Shown here one piece after another: positions 62,902 through 64,000 of a DNA stretch of 64,000 nt. Under the pieces are notes generated by a model. That model was given only the letters and a program-made list of their open reading frames with translations, had not been told where the DNA came from and made no database searches. Position 1 is the first letter of the stretch. Every line of letters starts with the position of its first letter. Source of the stretch: Psilocybe cubensis (lineage: Eukaryota); contig CM038999.1 in the NCBI GenBank assembly GCA_017499595.2, positions 868,001 through 932,000 on the forward strand. Reading direction: 5' to 3'. The translations under genes were made by a program, and so were the position numbers.

Positions 62902-64000
62902 ATGTCGACTTTAACGGATTCGGACTTGGAAGACAGATTTCAAAGTTTGGGGATACGAAAACGAACGTGTTCTATCGTGGATTTGCCTGCAGAAATCCTC
63001 ATTTGCATTCTTCTCAATCTTGAATGGAGGGACGTGCTCAGACTTAGGCAGGTGTGTACAAATCATGAACTTGAAGTCACGGTGTTCTGCCCGGTTTCGC
63101 AGTAGCAGTAGCGCTGAAGCTGACATATACTCCCCCCCCCTCCCCCCTGCAACCAGATGAGCAAAGCGCTGAAAAACGCAACACACGACAAAGCCGTCTG
63201 GCTGCACTTATACGAGACATCGTTCCCCGGAATCCCAAAGCAGCTCGACTACCCATACGGGCTCTACACCGTCGCGGAGCTCGAGACCACCGTCGTGCGC
63301 GGGCTCAAAGCCAACGTGTCTTGGAGGAGCGGCGACGGGGACGGGCGGGTAGAGTGGGTCCAGCGGGACATCCCAGGAGAGGAGGAGATGGACCGCTTTT
63401 GGCTTTCAGACAGCGGGCGGTGGCTGGTGGTTTTGACATCCGTGGGGTCTGTGGTCTATCACGACCTGGATAATGCAGGTGTGCCGGGACGGACGCTGAT
63501 ATCTAGACCATCCGCGGCTGGGCAGGGTTCAGCTAGACGCCATATGACGACGCGCATGGCGGCGGACGTGTGTCCGCGCGCTTCAAATTCAAAGCTCGAG
63601 TTCAACCTTGCGCTGTACTTGAGCCAATCGCCAGGTTTTTATCCCTTTTTTTGCAACTGACCGTTTGATCGTGTGATATTGATGCGATTCCCCCTCTAAC
63701 TCTAAAAAGAAGAATCACACTTTGAAGTGTGGAAGGTCCGTCTTCAACTAGAGAATGAAGGGGAGCTGCCAGTCTTGGTGGCTGAGAAATTGGCGTCGCT
63801 CGAGCGGGAATCTGAGGCACTGGTCTGCCATATATCCCTGCTTGGAGATGATCTCGCGTATTCTCAGACTCCATGGACAAACGAGAGTGCAGTCGTCACA
63901 GTCTTCAACTGGAAAACGGCGTCAACGCACTCTGAAGGATACAAATACCATAAGCAGGAAATGTATCCCGCCGAGTCAGGAGCGGTGGGTCTCCCTCACA
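62902..64000 (+). CDS. F-box domain protein; runs off the 3' end of the window
   Basis: IVDLPAEILICILLNLEWRDVLRLRQ|MSKALKNATHDKAVW (F-box), followed by LSDSGRWLVVL and a further exon ...VTVFNWK. Confidence 0.8.

Noticed and set aside
1..64000. CRISPR arrays, tRNA/rRNA genes, prokaryotic operons, intact retrotransposon pol
   Set aside because: None was recognised. The sequence is intron-rich fungal DNA with no repeat-spacer pattern and no RT or integrase motifs.

Overview
Eukaryotic, intron-dense fungal DNA. The 45-70 nt GT-AG introns with CTRAY branch points, microexons and gene families point to an Agaricomycete mushroom, probably Agaricales; this taxon is my inference. About 20 spliced protein-coding genes are visible. 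Housekeeping genes: CCP1, DPL1 (S1P lyase), prefoldin 4, muskelin, MVD1/ERG19 and a ZCCHC9-like zinc knuckle. Accessory genes: a Zn2Cys6 transcription factor, an aldo-keto reductase that appears frameshifted, three F-box-like genes, a single-pass membrane protein, a secreted thaumatin-like/ricin-B protein and an S8 subtilisin. A tailoring-enzyme neighbourhood at 21.9-42.9 kb holds a P450, a divergently transcribed peroxisomal (PTS1 -AKL) alpha/beta-hydrolase and four paralogous SAM-dependent O-methyltransferases. Three of the OMTs form a recent ~2.65 kb tandem array with mosaic sequence, and no PKS/NRPS/terpene synthase is present in the window. Non-genic structure read from the sequence: a 592-bp TA-flanked MITE; a 1.84-kb TIR element with a perfect 9-bp target-site duplication carrying a decayed reading frame; a spliced, apparently non-coding transcript ending in an A-rich tract (15-16.1 kb); and a minus-strand structured-RNA candidate divergent from MVD1. 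Gene boundaries were assembled by eye across introns, and family calls come from motif recognition, not database searches.
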